Positions 10,530 to 21,151 are shown, counted from the stretch's first letter. The stretch: DNA of 64,000 bases from an uncultured Nitrososphaeraceae archaeon (GCA_963729045.1 CAVSMN010000009.1:32001-96000), one strand, 5' to 3'. Program-made: numbers and translations. The notes: a model not told the origin generated them from the sequence alone.

Positions 10530-10997
10530 TTATTTTCCAATACAACAATTACCCTCAGGGATATGATATCCATGTGGACAAATCTTGGGATGTTTTAACA
10601 GGGTACATAGTGCATCGGTAAAAATTTCTTTCATATGATGCTCAATGCCACAAACCATCTCTTCATCTACATCGATTTTTAAGGCATCTTTCATAAGTAC
10701 TTCTAACAGTCGAGTGTTTCGTATCATTTTTTTCCCGATGTTCTCACCCTCTTTTGTAAGTGTCACTATGGAACCCTTTTTATAATCAATTAAAAGAGAA
10801 TCATTTAACTTATGAAGCATTTGAACCACCGATGGTTGTGTAACATTTAAAATTTTGGCTATGGAACTAACCTTTAACTCTTGGCCACTTTCTGAAATAG
10901 ACCACATTGCCTTCAAATACATTTCAACATGCTCGGCTTCTGCGGTGCCTACATACAATTGCTCTGGGAGTCCAGAATTTTTCGAATAAACAGTCAA
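10530..10997 (-). CDS. DtxR/MntR/IdeR-family metal-dependent repressor
   Basis: EMYLKA, IAKILNVTQPSVVQMLHKL HTH, RLLE, CGIEHH, CPHG..IP. Confidence 0.92.
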   Translation of the reverse strand: MTVYSKNSGLPEQLYVGTAEAEHVEMYLKAMWSISESGQELKVSSIAKILNVTQPSVVQMLHKLNDSLLIDYKKGSIVTLTKEGENIGKKMIRNTRLLEVLMKDALKIDVDEEMVCGIEHHMKEIFTDALCTLLKHPKICPHGYHIPEGNCCIGK

Positions 10998-11102
10998 TGT
11001 ATATGATTACACGTTATATTTTTTAACTTTATTGATTCAAAAGTAATTGAAGTAAAAAAGTTAAAGGTAAATTCATTCATTTTTGATAGAACGTCATCAG
11101 AC

Positions 11103-11465
11103 TTATTGCGAGATAGAACAAGGTAAGTTTCGTTCGTTTTTCTTAAATTGTAAAAGGACTTGTTTTTTGTTCAATATCAATTCTACTGACTGGATTTTAC
11201 TTTTGTAAAAGACAACTTTTTTTCCTTTTTCATTTATCACAATTCTATCTATGAATAAAAGTCCAAGATCCTTAAGTTTTTTTATTTTTTTGTATGTCGA
11301 GCTAATAGGTAGGTCATTTTCCTTGCAAATTTCAAAAACGGTTTTGGAATCTTCGATGGTAGACATTACAATCTTGTAAGAAAATCCATCAAATAATTCC
11401 TTCAATAAAATTGAAGCATTCTTATCTTCTTGATTCAGTAAATATCGCTGATCAGACAACATCAT
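11103..11465 (-). CDS. Winged-helix (ArsR-like) transcription regulator
   Basis: KTVFEICKENDLPISSTYKKIKKL..LGLL...GKK..FYKSK. Confidence 0.8.
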   Translation of the reverse strand: MMLSDQRYLLNQEDKNASILLKELFDGFSYKIVMSTIEDSKTVFEICKENDLPISSTYKKIKKLKDLGLLFIDRIVINEKGKKVVFYKSKIQSVELILNKKQVLLQFKKNERNLPCSISQ

Positions 11466-11496
11466 TTAGGCTACCCTAATTGTTAGGATAACCTAA
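11466..11496. promoter_or_regulatory. Two tandem palindromic operators, TTAGG-ctac-CCTAA (11466-11479) and TTAGG-ataa-CCTAA (11483-11496), putative DtxR-family boxes
   Basis: Perfect 5-bp inverted arms. They lie between the minus-strand TTTAAATA TATA-like element (~11497-11504) and the start of the wHTH-DtxR pair, and resemble DtxR/SirR boxes (TTAGGTTAACCTAA). Confidence 0.75.
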
Positions 11497-11792
11497 TATT
11501 TAAACGGTGTTATATTATTCAAGTTTAATCTACAAAATTTTAATATAATTTTTTCAAATTGTACATACTATATGCACCTATTTCAAAAAAATGGTTAATA
11601 ATTATTGGGATATTTGGATACTTTGAATAAGCAGTATTATACTAAAATATATTTTAACCCATGGTCATATCTAAACCAGTTTAGTTTTTGTTATTATATA
11701 AAAAATGAAGTTGTTTCCAAGTTCTAGCATTATAGAAAATCTAATTCCAAATAGATAAATTAATACGAACAAAAGCGTATAGTAGGTTCTTG

Positions 11793-13457
11793 CTATTTTA
11801 CTACAATCTCACCAACCATCGATGGGTGGTAAACACAGTAATAATCAAAAGTACCCTTATTATCAAATTTAAAGCTGAACGCTTGTTTTGAAAGTATAGC
11901 GTCCGAATCAAACAATTGACCTTCAGTAGGATCGCTGTCTGATCCGGAAGTAGCAGTATGCGATATGGTATCTGCATTATACCATGTAATTGTTTCACCT
12001 GAGTTTATAGTAATTGGATTTGGTGCGTATGAGTTGTCACCGCTGATGCCATTAATTGTTACCAGGACAGAACCTTCAGGTACAACACTAGATTGTGATG
12101 ATGGAGATTGAGCTTTTGGAATGGTACTTTGTGAGGTGGGCAATATTTTGTACAAATCCCCTGTATAGCTTAGGACATACATATACCCGTCAGGTCCTAC
12201 CTGGATATCGGTAATTCCACCGAAACCTTGTCCAAACGTAATTGGGATACTTTCAACAGGATTATCCACTTTTTTATCAGTTAATGCAGCTGCACCCCCT
12301 ACATTCGTGTTATTTATGACAATATCATCGCGTGCCTCATTTAAAGTAAATCTATATAAATTACCATTATTAATGTCACCTACAAACATATCATTTTCAT
12401 ATTCTTTACCCAACTTATCTGAATTCAAAAATTTTAGTGCAGTCGGACCTATAGGAATATGCCAAGCAAATTTGGGTTCTGCATATTTTCCGTTTCCAAA
12501 ACTCACAAGATCATTTGGTGTTGCCCCGTTACCCAACAGATCATCGTTAGAGAATCCTTGAATTAAGGACCAACCACTATTAAAGCCAGGAAAAACCAGG
12601 TTAATTTCATCGCCCGCTGTAGGACCATTCTCTGTATCCCATAAATTACCAGTCATAGGATCAAAATCGATACCGAAGCTATTTCTAATACCCATTGCAT
12701 AGTATACACCTAAAGGCAAGTCAGCACCAAAGATTGGTTCATCATCAACTAATCCACCATCTTGAGAAATTCTGAGAACGCCGCCTAAGCCATTAGGTGC
12801 TGGACCATTTCCTATATTTTGTGCTTGAGTCCTATGACCTCCTACTTCCCCCATTATCATATAGACATTATTGTCCGGTCCAATTGTTACTTTACCTCCA
12901 TTATGATCAGTTCGATTAAGATTATTTGGAATTGCAGTCAAATCCAAAAGGAGGACAGGATCTATTAATTTACCGTCCACATATTGATAACGATAAAGTC
13001 TATTTCCTAATGGGTCGATATTATTGGAAACATCACTACCATCCTCATTATTTCCAGATTCAGTGTAGGACAAGAAAACAAAAATTTTTCCATCCAAGTG
13101 ATTTGAAGCAGCAATCCCCAATAATCCGCGTTCGATTTTTGAGGCCACAGATAGATCAAGTAAGGGATTATCTTGTACCTGACCATCCAATACTCTCATA
13201 ACCCTCCCAGTATTTTTTTCAGTAACCAATATATCATTATTTCCCACAAAAGTCATGCTAGTTGGAAATGTCAAATCGGAAGTAACTTTTTCAACTGTTA
13301 GGCTATCATCATTGATTGTAGGTCCATCTGGGGAGGGCTGAGCTTTAGAGTAAGCTCCATAAGAAAAATAAACGGAAGAATAATTTGAAGATAATAGTAT
13401 TAAAATGATTGCGAAAGAATAAAACAACAGTTTAATGTTATACACAAGTCTTATCAA
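11793..13457 (-). CDS. Secreted PQQ-dependent glucose/sorbosone dehydrogenase family beta-propeller fused to a C-terminal type-1 Cu cupredoxin
   Basis: Signal/anchor; ERGLLG, HNGG, GIRNSFGIDFDP, TENGP..GDEIN; C-terminal HTATSG...YYCVYHPSM. Confidence 0.88.
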   Translation of the reverse strand: MIRLVYNIKLLFYSFAIILILLSSNYSSVYFSYGAYSKAQPSPDGPTINDDSLTVEKVTSDLTFPTSMTFVGNNDILVTEKNTGRVMRVLDGQVQDNPLLDLSVASKIERGLLGIAASNHLDGKIFVFLSYTESGNNEDGSDVSNNIDPLGNRLYRYQYVDGKLIDPVLLLDLTAIPNNLNRTDHNGGKVTIGPDNNVYMIMGEVGGHRTQAQNIGNGPAPNGLGGVLRISQDGGLVDDEPIFGADLPLGVYYAMGIRNSFGIDFDPMTGNLWDTENGPTAGDEINLVFPGFNSGWSLIQGFSNDDLLGNGATPNDLVSFGNGKYAEPKFAWHIPIGPTALKFLNSDKLGKEYENDMFVGDINNGNLYRFTLNEARDDIVINNTNVGGAAALTDKKVDNPVESIPITFGQGFGGITDIQVGPDGYMYVLSYTGDLYKILPTSQSTIPKAQSPSSQSSVVPEGSVLVTINGISGDNSYAPNPITINSGETITWYNADTISHTATSGSDSDPTEGQLFDSDAILSKQAFSFKFDNKGTFDYYCVYHPSMVGEIVVK

Positions 13458-13644
13458 CAGAAAAAATAAAACACGAATTAATTAAAAGGTTACGTAGTAT
13501 TGTTTTTAAAGATATTCACCAAAATAAGAAATTTAATGTACCCAAGTAGGGTCTTCATCTAATTATTCAGAAAAAAATCCAGGTTTATTTTAGAAATTAT
13601 GAATAATGCTAAATAGGACCATTGAAAACCTCTTGTGAGAACTA

Positions 13645-14283
13645 TTGCAGATAATCGATCTAACCTTGGAAATTGATGAATCTATTCAAGTTTTTCCAGA
13701 CTCACCAAAAGTAAACATTTTACAGTGGTCAAATTTCGACAATCACAAATATGCTTCAGAAGTATTGTTTTCTAGTACACATGTAGGTACACATGTAGAT
13801 GCTCCGTATCACTTTCAAAAGTACGGCAATACGGTAGAAAAAATTCCACTAAACAGGTTGATAATTAACGAAAATATCAAGGTATTAAAAATTGAAAAAG
13901 AAGATGACGAAAAGATCGAAGTAGATGATCTAAGGGAATACAACATTATGAAAAATGATACCATATTGATCAACACGAATTGGGTATTGAACAGAACTTT
14001 GGATAGATATTTCAATAAAAACCCTGGACTATCAGAAGCAGCGGCAAAATATCTGGCAGAAGCCGAGATTAATTTGGTAGGAATTGATGGTCCCAGTATT
14101 GATCCCGCTATCGATCATGACTTTAATTCGCATAGAATTTTTAGTGCTAATGACATTCCAATAATAGAAAATCTGATAAACCTAGATAGACTACTGAATA
14201 AAAAATTTACTTTTGTGGCATTACCATTAAAATTAAAGAACTGTTCTGGCTCACCCGTAAGAGCACTTGCCATAATGGCTTGA
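13645..14283 (+). CDS. Cyclase family / kynurenine formamidase-like metal hydrolase
   Basis: HVGTHVDAPYHF, VGID, IIENL, GSPVRALA. Confidence 0.9.
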   Translation: MQIIDLTLEIDESIQVFPDSPKVNILQWSNFDNHKYASEVLFSSTHVGTHVDAPYHFQKYGNTVEKIPLNRLIINENIKVLKIEKEDDEKIEVDDLREYNIMKNDTILINTNWVLNRTLDRYFNKNPGLSEAAAKYLAEAEINLVGIDGPSIDPAIDHDFNSHRIFSANDIPIIENLINLDRLLNKKFTFVALPLKLKNCSGSPVRALAIMA

Positions 14284-14677
14284 AAGAATCACAAAAGTAT
14301 TTGACAGCAAAGAAAGATTTTGAAATCAGTCGAATTAATTCCATAAAATCGTTATCGATCATGATAGGATGTTGAATAATATCACAAAGCTCAAGGATGT
14401 AAAATGAATGAGAGAATGAGAGAATGAGAGAAACCTTAGTTCTATGTGACTAGTATGTATTTAAAGTCGACACATAAAATTCCTCTAGCGCTAATAGTTA
14501 AATCACAAACCCTGATCCATTGAACCCAGGTCAACAACACAATTTTATTTTAAAAGAACATTCTGGGTCACCTTGTTTTTGCAATGGTATGATACAAATT
14601 TGCTTTTCAATGGTCAAGTATCAAAATCATGACAACTGAAATAGGAAATAGGAAATAGGAATTCATTTGTATAGATC

Positions 14678-15784
14678 TTAACAAATGTTTTTTCTATTCT
14701 TGGATTTTGTATTACTGATTAGGCCAACTAGTCTATAACCATATTCAAAATTATGTTTAACATGATTAATTCCATGGGTCAAATGTGTTTCGAATTTACC
14801 ATCCAAAATGTTTTCTATATAAAACTGGACCTTTTTGATTGAAATCTGTGAATGTCGAATTTGTTTATCAGATAAGGAACGACCAAGTTCGGATTCGATT
14901 TCTGTTTTAAAATCTTTTAATTCAATGAGCTTACCATATCGAAGAATTTTATTATAATTATTACAAATGTCATGTAACTTTTGTAGTTCTTTCTCAGGCA
15001 ATACAGATAAAGATTTTTTGACTTGATCAGGATCTCTTTGAACAATTTGTGCCAATCTTAATACCATTTCATCTGTCATGTAATCAGTGTTTACTAATTC
15101 AGAAGCATAGGATGGAGCATTGTCTCGTTTAACATCGGTGTAGGTTTTTTTCATAGTCGAAGGCATCCTAACAGTATCTATATTATCAATCGGTTCTTTT
15201 GAATTTTTAATAGATTTTCCTGGCAAAAATTGTAGTTCTTTTGACGGATAAGAATAAGCATGCTCTAGCAAAGATGACTTTTTGGACTCATAGTAAGTCT
15301 TTAACTGAAAAAGAGATACCTTTTTGCCATCTAAATCTGACTTGAAAAATATTATACAAAGGACATCCACAAGTAAGTTAGGAAACTGAATTTTCATATT
15401 TTTGTCAAAAGTATCATAGGTATGAAGGAAGTCATTACAAATTTCAAAGACAACATTGTCGAAAGTAGACAAAGTAAATGGAATAGAATTGACCTGTTTT
15501 TTTATCAAATGATCTATCAAAAACTTGTATGACATAATAAAAAAATCGTATACATCGCTCTTTTGTAATACAAAGGTATTTTTTTGTATGATAAAAGTTA
15601 TCGTCTTCAACAAAATCATATATGGATTTACAACCTTAATATCTGGAAATAAAGTGTGAAAATCCTTCATTATAGTAGTCATATAGTCATCATCACTTTC
15701 TAAATTATCAAGCCAATTAATCCCAAGTTCTTTATAACTTTTCTTAAACAGAACATTGAAATCAATATTTGAGTCACTATCCAT
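14678..15784 (-). CDS. Hypothetical protein ending in an HD-domain-like first helix
   Basis: 368-aa ORF; C-terminal THGINHVKHN. Confidence 0.7.
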   Translation of the reverse strand: MDSDSNIDFNVLFKKSYKELGINWLDNLESDDDYMTTIMKDFHTLFPDIKVVNPYMILLKTITFIIQKNTFVLQKSDVYDFFIMSYKFLIDHLIKKQVNSIPFTLSTFDNVVFEICNDFLHTYDTFDKNMKIQFPNLLVDVLCIIFFKSDLDGKKVSLFQLKTYYESKKSSLLEHAYSYPSKELQFLPGKSIKNSKEPIDNIDTVRMPSTMKKTYTDVKRDNAPSYASELVNTDYMTDEMVLRLAQIVQRDPDQVKKSLSVLPEKELQKLHDICNNYNKILRYGKLIELKDFKTEIESELGRSLSDKQIRHSQISIKKVQFYIENILDGKFETHLTHGINHVKHNFEYGYRLVGLISNTKSKNRKNIC

Positions 15785-15879
15785 TTTTAGACATGATATA
15801 TGGTATTTTTTTGTTATTAAACATTAGAAAATAATTTAGGTGAAGAAAATTATATTAAAATGTTATCTAAATAGATACT

Positions 15880-16560
15880 CTAGTTATTTTTTTTGGGGTC
15901 ATCGTCAGAATTTCCGTCAGAATTTCCGTCAGAATTATCGATAGCCCAGGGAAACCATTTACCAATTATTTTGGCCCAATCAAATTTAAATGTAAAATAT
16001 AATACCAAAGCTAATAGTAATATAGTTAATACAGAAATCAAAATAGTCGAATATTCATTATTATAATCCGTTACAACAAGGAATCTTTCCATTATTGGTC
16101 TGCCCAATAATACGGTTCCCCATACAATTATTGCCCCTAGAATAAACTTGCCTGCGAATGTAAATATCGCAAATTTAGGTAGGCTGTATTTGGCAATCCC
16201 GAGGGGGATATATACCAGATCGTCTGGTATAGGAGTTAAAGCGGCCACAAAAACTCCTATGCCACCATATTTGCCTAATAGTTTTTGAAGAGGAAGCATC
16301 CTGGTTTTTGTCTTTTTACTTAGAATGTTCCTACCATAATAGCTTGCGGTAAAGATTATTGTTTTGGCCAGAACTGCCCCAATAGTACTCACTAAAACAA
16401 TTAGGTTGGGGTCCAGACTTTTATCTAAGGCTGAAGTGACTAAGATGGGAAAATAAGGGACTGGAATGAATGGAATAATACTACCTATAAAGCTGATTAA
16501 AAATATACCAATGTAACCTGAACTGCTATAAACAGAATAAAGGTCCGGTATATCAATCAA
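15880..16560 (-). CDS. DedA/VTT (SNARE-associated) membrane protein
   Basis: IPFIPVPY, ALTPIPDD..YIPLG, AGK motifs. Confidence 0.88.
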   Translation of the reverse strand: MIDIPDLYSVYSSSGYIGIFLISFIGSIIPFIPVPYFPILVTSALDKSLDPNLIVLVSTIGAVLAKTIIFTASYYGRNILSKKTKTRMLPLQKLLGKYGGIGVFVAALTPIPDDLVYIPLGIAKYSLPKFAIFTFAGKFILGAIIVWGTVLLGRPIMERFLVVTDYNNEYSTILISVLTILLLALVLYFTFKFDWAKIIGKWFPWAIDNSDGNSDGNSDDDPKKNN

Positions 16561-16645
16561 ACAAGAGAATATTAAATTACCAAATATAACTACTTTATCA
16601 ATTTTATTAATTTTTTATAATAAATATAGTAAATATTAGAAGTCT

Positions 16646-19072
16646 TTATCCCCCCTTTTGTTCCTTCTTATCTTTTTCGGCCACGGACTTTCTCATCGAG
16701 GCTATCTTTTGTTGTCGTCTAGGTTGAATAAATAGAATATAGAGAGACCCACCCAGATATATTGCAAGTAAGATGAGTTGAGCCACCACGGTTTCTACTG
16801 TTGGGTGGATCCCAGTCATCGTTGCAACATTAATATCTAATCGAGGTACTATGTTATATATAGGAGTAGTAGAAATCCATCCAAGTTCCTGAAATTCACG
16901 TACTGCATTACCTAAGAAGGTTATTGACATAAAAGCTCCAACTGCCATGGTAAGTCCAAACAAAACTCTTAATGGTAATTTCCTTCCCAGTTTTCGAATT
17001 ATGAAGACAACTGCAATTATTACAGCCATGCCCAATACTAACCCTGCAAGTACGTATATCTCCATATATTTTGCAAAAGAAAATAGAGCTTGATAAAACA
17101 AGACTGTTTCAAAGCCTTCCCTATACACAGTAAAGAAAGACAACAAAACAAATACCATAAAACTACCTGTAGTCGTTGCTTGCCAGACTTTAGCCTTAAC
17201 AAATTCAATCCATTTCTTAGTTTCAATCTTGTTTAGAACCCAGAAGCTGACCCAGAATAGCACAGCTACTGCAGCGATGCCAGCAATAGCCTCAATAAGT
17301 GCTCTTTGTGCACCAGATATTTCTATTATAAATTGAGCAATAACCCATGTTACAGCAGTCAGTGCTATAGCAAGCACAATTCCAGCGTATACATGCTTTT
17401 TGAACTTTTCATTTCGCGATGCTTCCAAGTATGTCAAAATGGCACCTAGTATCAAGGCAGCCTCCAAACCTTCTCTAAAAATAATTGAAAATGATGAAGA
17501 AAATGCAATAGCAGGTGCAACTACCCCGATACCTGAAACAAACCGTTCGGATTCATCTAATCCACTTTTAAGTTCTGCAATCTTGGAAACGACCTCATCA
17601 GATGGAGCATTTGACGAAATGAGGTTGCGTAATTCAGCAAATTTTATCTCCATTTCGAGAGTAAAATCTGGATCAATTGGTCTTAAGGGTATTTCAATAT
17701 TTTCATAACTGTCAAGATATGCAGATCTAGCGGTTGCTAATGCTTGAGAAGTATCATTTTGATTGTAGATAGATATTACCTCATCCAATTTAAGTCTGAT
17801 TTTATCTATATCGTTACGAACCTGACCCTTGAAATCTTCCGAGGCTTCGCCCATAGAACGCCTCTCTCCCGTGTAAACTCCAAACCCTTGTTTTAGAGAA
17901 TCAATATTGGCAGTATTCGTAACAAAAGAAGATGGTATTGTAAAATTATTGTTTGACTGTGCAGCACTGGGGGTACTTAGCAACTGTTTGGAAACTTGCA
18001 GATCATCTTTTATGTTAGAAATATAAGCTTCAATGTCAGCAAGTGAGGTTTGATTTTTGATTAAAGCACGCAGATTTTCTCTCATATTTGTTTCTATTTG
18101 CAACATTAAGGTGGAATTTACTTCTTCGATTGGGGCTTCAAGGTATTCAAAATTATCTAAATACGCAGAGGATACATTTTTGTCTGCAGCAAGATAATTA
18201 CCATTTTGAATGGAGGAAATTGCATTATTTAGCAGAATATCTATGTTATCATAATATACCTGGAGGGATGGATCAACGGTGCTAGTTGTGCTTGGCATAC
18301 GAATATTATTAGATTCATTCAGATCATTCTCTATTGCAGAAACTATTCTTGAAAATTCTTGCGTATTATCACTTTTGGAATCTATTATTGTATTCAAATT
18401 TGTGATAAAATATTCTATCTCATTAGATTTTGCATCAGTCATATTTGGTTTTAATATTTCAAAAATTGTATTTGATTGATTCATCAATCCTCTTGTATTC
18501 TCATAATCTATCATGCCAAAGTTTGCAGCATCAGCGTCGGCAATTTTTGAAGAGTTCAAATATAACCCATATGAATTAGAAGCGTCTCTTAGTAGATATG
18601 ACATGGTTTGAGATTCAAGAATTGAAAAATCTTGTGCAGAAAGCGTATCTTTCAATTTTGAATAAAAAGCGTTGATTATGTTTTTGGAGTCAGTTAAGTC
18701 AGTAAGAATAATAGGAGAATTGGGATCAGCACGAGATTGTATTCCGACTTCAGTAAGGTTAGATTCCAAATTACTAGCCAATTCTTCATCAACTGCAATC
18801 GCAATAGGTTTAGTCGATGGATAAATTACTGAGTGAGGAATATAAGCGTGCTCGAATAACAGAGAATTGTTATTATTATTTATTTTATTTAATAGGATAT
18901 CAAGTTGCGTATCTATTCTATTTAGATTAATATTCAAAAGCAATAGATCCTCATTTGATATTGTAGGATTTTCAGTAGAAGTAGAATTTTGAGCTAGAAC
19001 ATTATTTACAGATGAAATTGATATATTTGCGATCAACAATAGTAGGATAAAAGTTGCAAGTAGTTTTACCAC
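16646..19072 (-). CDS. FTR1-family iron permease with a large extracellular N-terminal region
   Basis: Two RExxE motifs (FREGLEA, YREGFET) in the TM domain; signal peptide. Confidence 0.92.
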   Translation of the reverse strand: MVKLLATFILLLLIANISISSVNNVLAQNSTSTENPTISNEDLLLLNINLNRIDTQLDILLNKINNNNNSLLFEHAYIPHSVIYPSTKPIAIAVDEELASNLESNLTEVGIQSRADPNSPIILTDLTDSKNIINAFYSKLKDTLSAQDFSILESQTMSYLLRDASNSYGLYLNSSKIADADAANFGMIDYENTRGLMNQSNTIFEILKPNMTDAKSNEIEYFITNLNTIIDSKSDNTQEFSRIVSAIENDLNESNNIRMPSTTSTVDPSLQVYYDNIDILLNNAISSIQNGNYLAADKNVSSAYLDNFEYLEAPIEEVNSTLMLQIETNMRENLRALIKNQTSLADIEAYISNIKDDLQVSKQLLSTPSAAQSNNNFTIPSSFVTNTANIDSLKQGFGVYTGERRSMGEASEDFKGQVRNDIDKIRLKLDEVISIYNQNDTSQALATARSAYLDSYENIEIPLRPIDPDFTLEMEIKFAELRNLISSNAPSDEVVSKIAELKSGLDESERFVSGIGVVAPAIAFSSSFSIIFREGLEAALILGAILTYLEASRNEKFKKHVYAGIVLAIALTAVTWVIAQFIIEISGAQRALIEAIAGIAAVAVLFWVSFWVLNKIETKKWIEFVKAKVWQATTTGSFMVFVLLSFFTVYREGFETVLFYQALFSFAKYMEIYVLAGLVLGMAVIIAVVFIIRKLGRKLPLRVLFGLTMAVGAFMSITFLGNAVREFQELGWISTTPIYNIVPRLDINVATMTGIHPTVETVVAQLILLAIYLGGSLYILFIQPRRQQKIASMRKSVAEKDKKEQKGG

Positions 19073-19130
19073 ATTCTTTTACCTCGAATACAAGCACTAA
19101 AAATTAGACATGGCGTTAATACTAATGACA

Positions 19131-19144
19131 TTAGGCCTCCCTAA
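19131..19144. promoter_or_regulatory. TTAGG-cctc-CCTAA palindrome upstream of the FTR1 gene, putative DtxR box
   Basis: Same arms as the 11466 and 11483 boxes; lies between the minus-strand TTTAAA (19162-19167) and the FTR1 start. Confidence 0.75.
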
Positions 19145-19324
19145 TTTTGTTAGATATGCAATTTAAACATTCTTTGATAAATTTGCTATGTTTGACATAA
19201 CATGATTAAAAGTATTACAATAATATGGCAAAATTATCTAATTAATTATATAAAAATATTATCATGAATTAAATATAATAGTACATAGTTGTCGAAAAAT
19301 AAAAAAAATAAAAAAATTGTTAAA

Positions 19325-19786
19325 TCAAAGGGTTAATGCGACGTCCGAAGATAACGTATTTGATAGTGTTTCAGTCTTATTCAAATCAGTTAGAGTGACA
19401 TTTGTTTTTACATTTGTTAGAGAAGGGTCAGCAAATGAAGTAGCAAATTGGATAATCCCACCATCAGTTATTGTAAAGCCGTTTGGATAGGAAGAAGTCT
19501 TTATTAGAGTTCCATTAGCTGCAAACACCTCCATTTTTCCGTTAATGGTGGAATCCACTAGCGAAAGATCCTTGGTTTGATAGTCAACCAAAAGTTTTAC
19601 TTGATTAAGGGATGGATTTGAAGTTAAAGGTCCGAAAGTAGCATTATTTAGACCTATAGTAATTTTTTCTAATGATTGTGCGTTTATGCCATTAAATGAA
19701 TAGGCACCAAAAAGTAACAAAGTAGCAGCAAATAGAGTTGCAGAAAGCAGCACAATACTTTTGTGATTTGCTAATGAATTAGACAT
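19325..19786 (-). CDS. Secreted hypothetical protein (likely start MSNSLANH, shorter than the track ORF)
   Basis: Signal peptide followed by a beta-rich domain; the upstream ORF extension is AT-rich and promoter-like. Confidence 0.75.
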   Translation of the reverse strand: MSNSLANHKSIVLLSATLFAATLLLFGAYSFNGINAQSLEKITIGLNNATFGPLTSNPSLNQVKLLVDYQTKDLSLVDSTINGKMEVFAANGTLIKTSSYPNGFTITDGGIIQFATSFADPSLTNVKTNVTLTDLNKTETLSNTLSSDVALTL

Positions 19787-19921
19787 CAGTTTAAAATTTA
19801 ATATAATACTATAAAAACAATATGTTAAGATATAATTATACATTTTAGTAAAATAATTTATAAGAAATTTATTAAAAAAACAAAATTGGATTTTATGAAG
19901 ATAAAAAATCAAAAAGTGAGA

Positions 19922-21151
19922 TTATTTATTTTCATAAGCCACCTCCTGGTGATACGAAATATCCAGGCCCAAGTCCTCTTCTTCTTCCTTAGCTCTAATC
20001 CCTATAGTATAGTCTAGAATCTTTAAGATTACAAATGTTCCAACAAATCCCATTAGAGCACCAACTCCAACCCCTAAAGCCTGGATTGGTAACTGCATTG
20101 GATTTCCATATAGCCAACCGTTTGGACCAATTGGATTAATTGCCTGCGTCGCAAATAGACCTATCCACAAGCTGCCAATTATTCCAGTAATTCCGTGAAC
20201 AGAGCTTACATCCAAAACATCATCAATCTTTAATCTCTCCTTTATCAATACAATTCCGTAATAGGATGCCAAGCCCAATACTATACCTAAAATGAATGCC
20301 CATTGACCTGTAATGAAACCAGCCGTTGGAGTTATTCCAGCCAACCCAGAAATTGCACCATTTATTGCTGCGCTAACGGTAGGCTTTCCAGTCCTCTTCC
20401 AACTTAGTAGTATCCAAACAAGTGCACAAGTACATGCTCCTATTTGTGTGGCAAGTAGGGCACTTGCAGCAAGGGCTCCTGATGCTAGAGCACTACCGGC
20501 GTTGAAACCAAACCACCCTAGCCACAGAAGAGTAGCTCCTATAGCCGCAAGCGGAAGATTATGAGGCACCATAATTTCTGGACCAAATCCTTTTCGTCTA
20601 CCCAAGACCAAAGCCGACGCTAGCGCCGCCATACCCGCACTTGTGTGGATAACGATACCTCCTGCAAAATCAAAGACGCCTATCTTTGCCAGCCAACCGC
20701 CACCCCATATCCAATGGGCGAGCGGGTAGTAAATTACAAGGCTCCATACTATTATGAAAATGAAAAAAGCGTTCCATTTCATACGTTCTGCAAAAGCGCC
20801 AGTAATCAGTAGAGGAGTAATGACTGCGAACATCATTTGATAGGTAGCAAAGTTAACTCCAGGTATTGTGGGGGCCCAAACAACCGAATCGTTATATGGT
20901 ACATTGTTAAAGAAAAACCACTGAAGGTCCCCTATAATTCCATTAACGTCCGGTGCAAACACTAACGTGAAGCCTACTATGAACCAAAGGGTTGATAGTA
21001 ACGCCATTCCCGTCATAGTTTGCATAATAACGGACAAAGAATTTTTTAATCTGATTAACCCTGCTTCAAAAAAACCCAGAGCAGGAGTCATCAAAAATAC
21101 TAATCCAGTGGAGATTAACATCCACGTCGTATCACCAGTATCTATTGCCAA
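19922..21151 (-). CDS. amt: Ammonium transporter (Amt/Mep)
   Basis: FDFAGGIVIH, PHN, LWLGWFGFNAGS, DD..DV..VHG twin-His motifs; TTG start. Confidence 0.97.
   Translation of the reverse strand: MAIDTGDTTWMLISTGLVFLMTPALGFFEAGLIRLKNSLSVIMQTMTGMALLSTLWFIVGFTLVFAPDVNGIIGDLQWFFFNNVPYNDSVVWAPTIPGVNFATYQMMFAVITPLLITGAFAERMKWNAFFIFIIVWSLVIYYPLAHWIWGGGWLAKIGVFDFAGGIVIHTSAGMAALASALVLGRRKGFGPEIMVPHNLPLAAIGATLLWLGWFGFNAGSALASGALAASALLATQIGACTCALVWILLSWKRTGKPTVSAAINGAISGLAGITPTAGFITGQWAFILGIVLGLASYYGIVLIKERLKIDDVLDVSSVHGITGIIGSLWIGLFATQAINPIGPNGWLYGNPMQLPIQALGVGVGALMGFVGTFVILKILDYTIGIRAKEEEEDLGLDISYHQEVAYENK

Noticed and set aside
14405..14662. Short repeats (GAATGAGA..)x3 and (GAAATAG)x3
   Set aside because: Ordinary slippage microsatellites without further structure.
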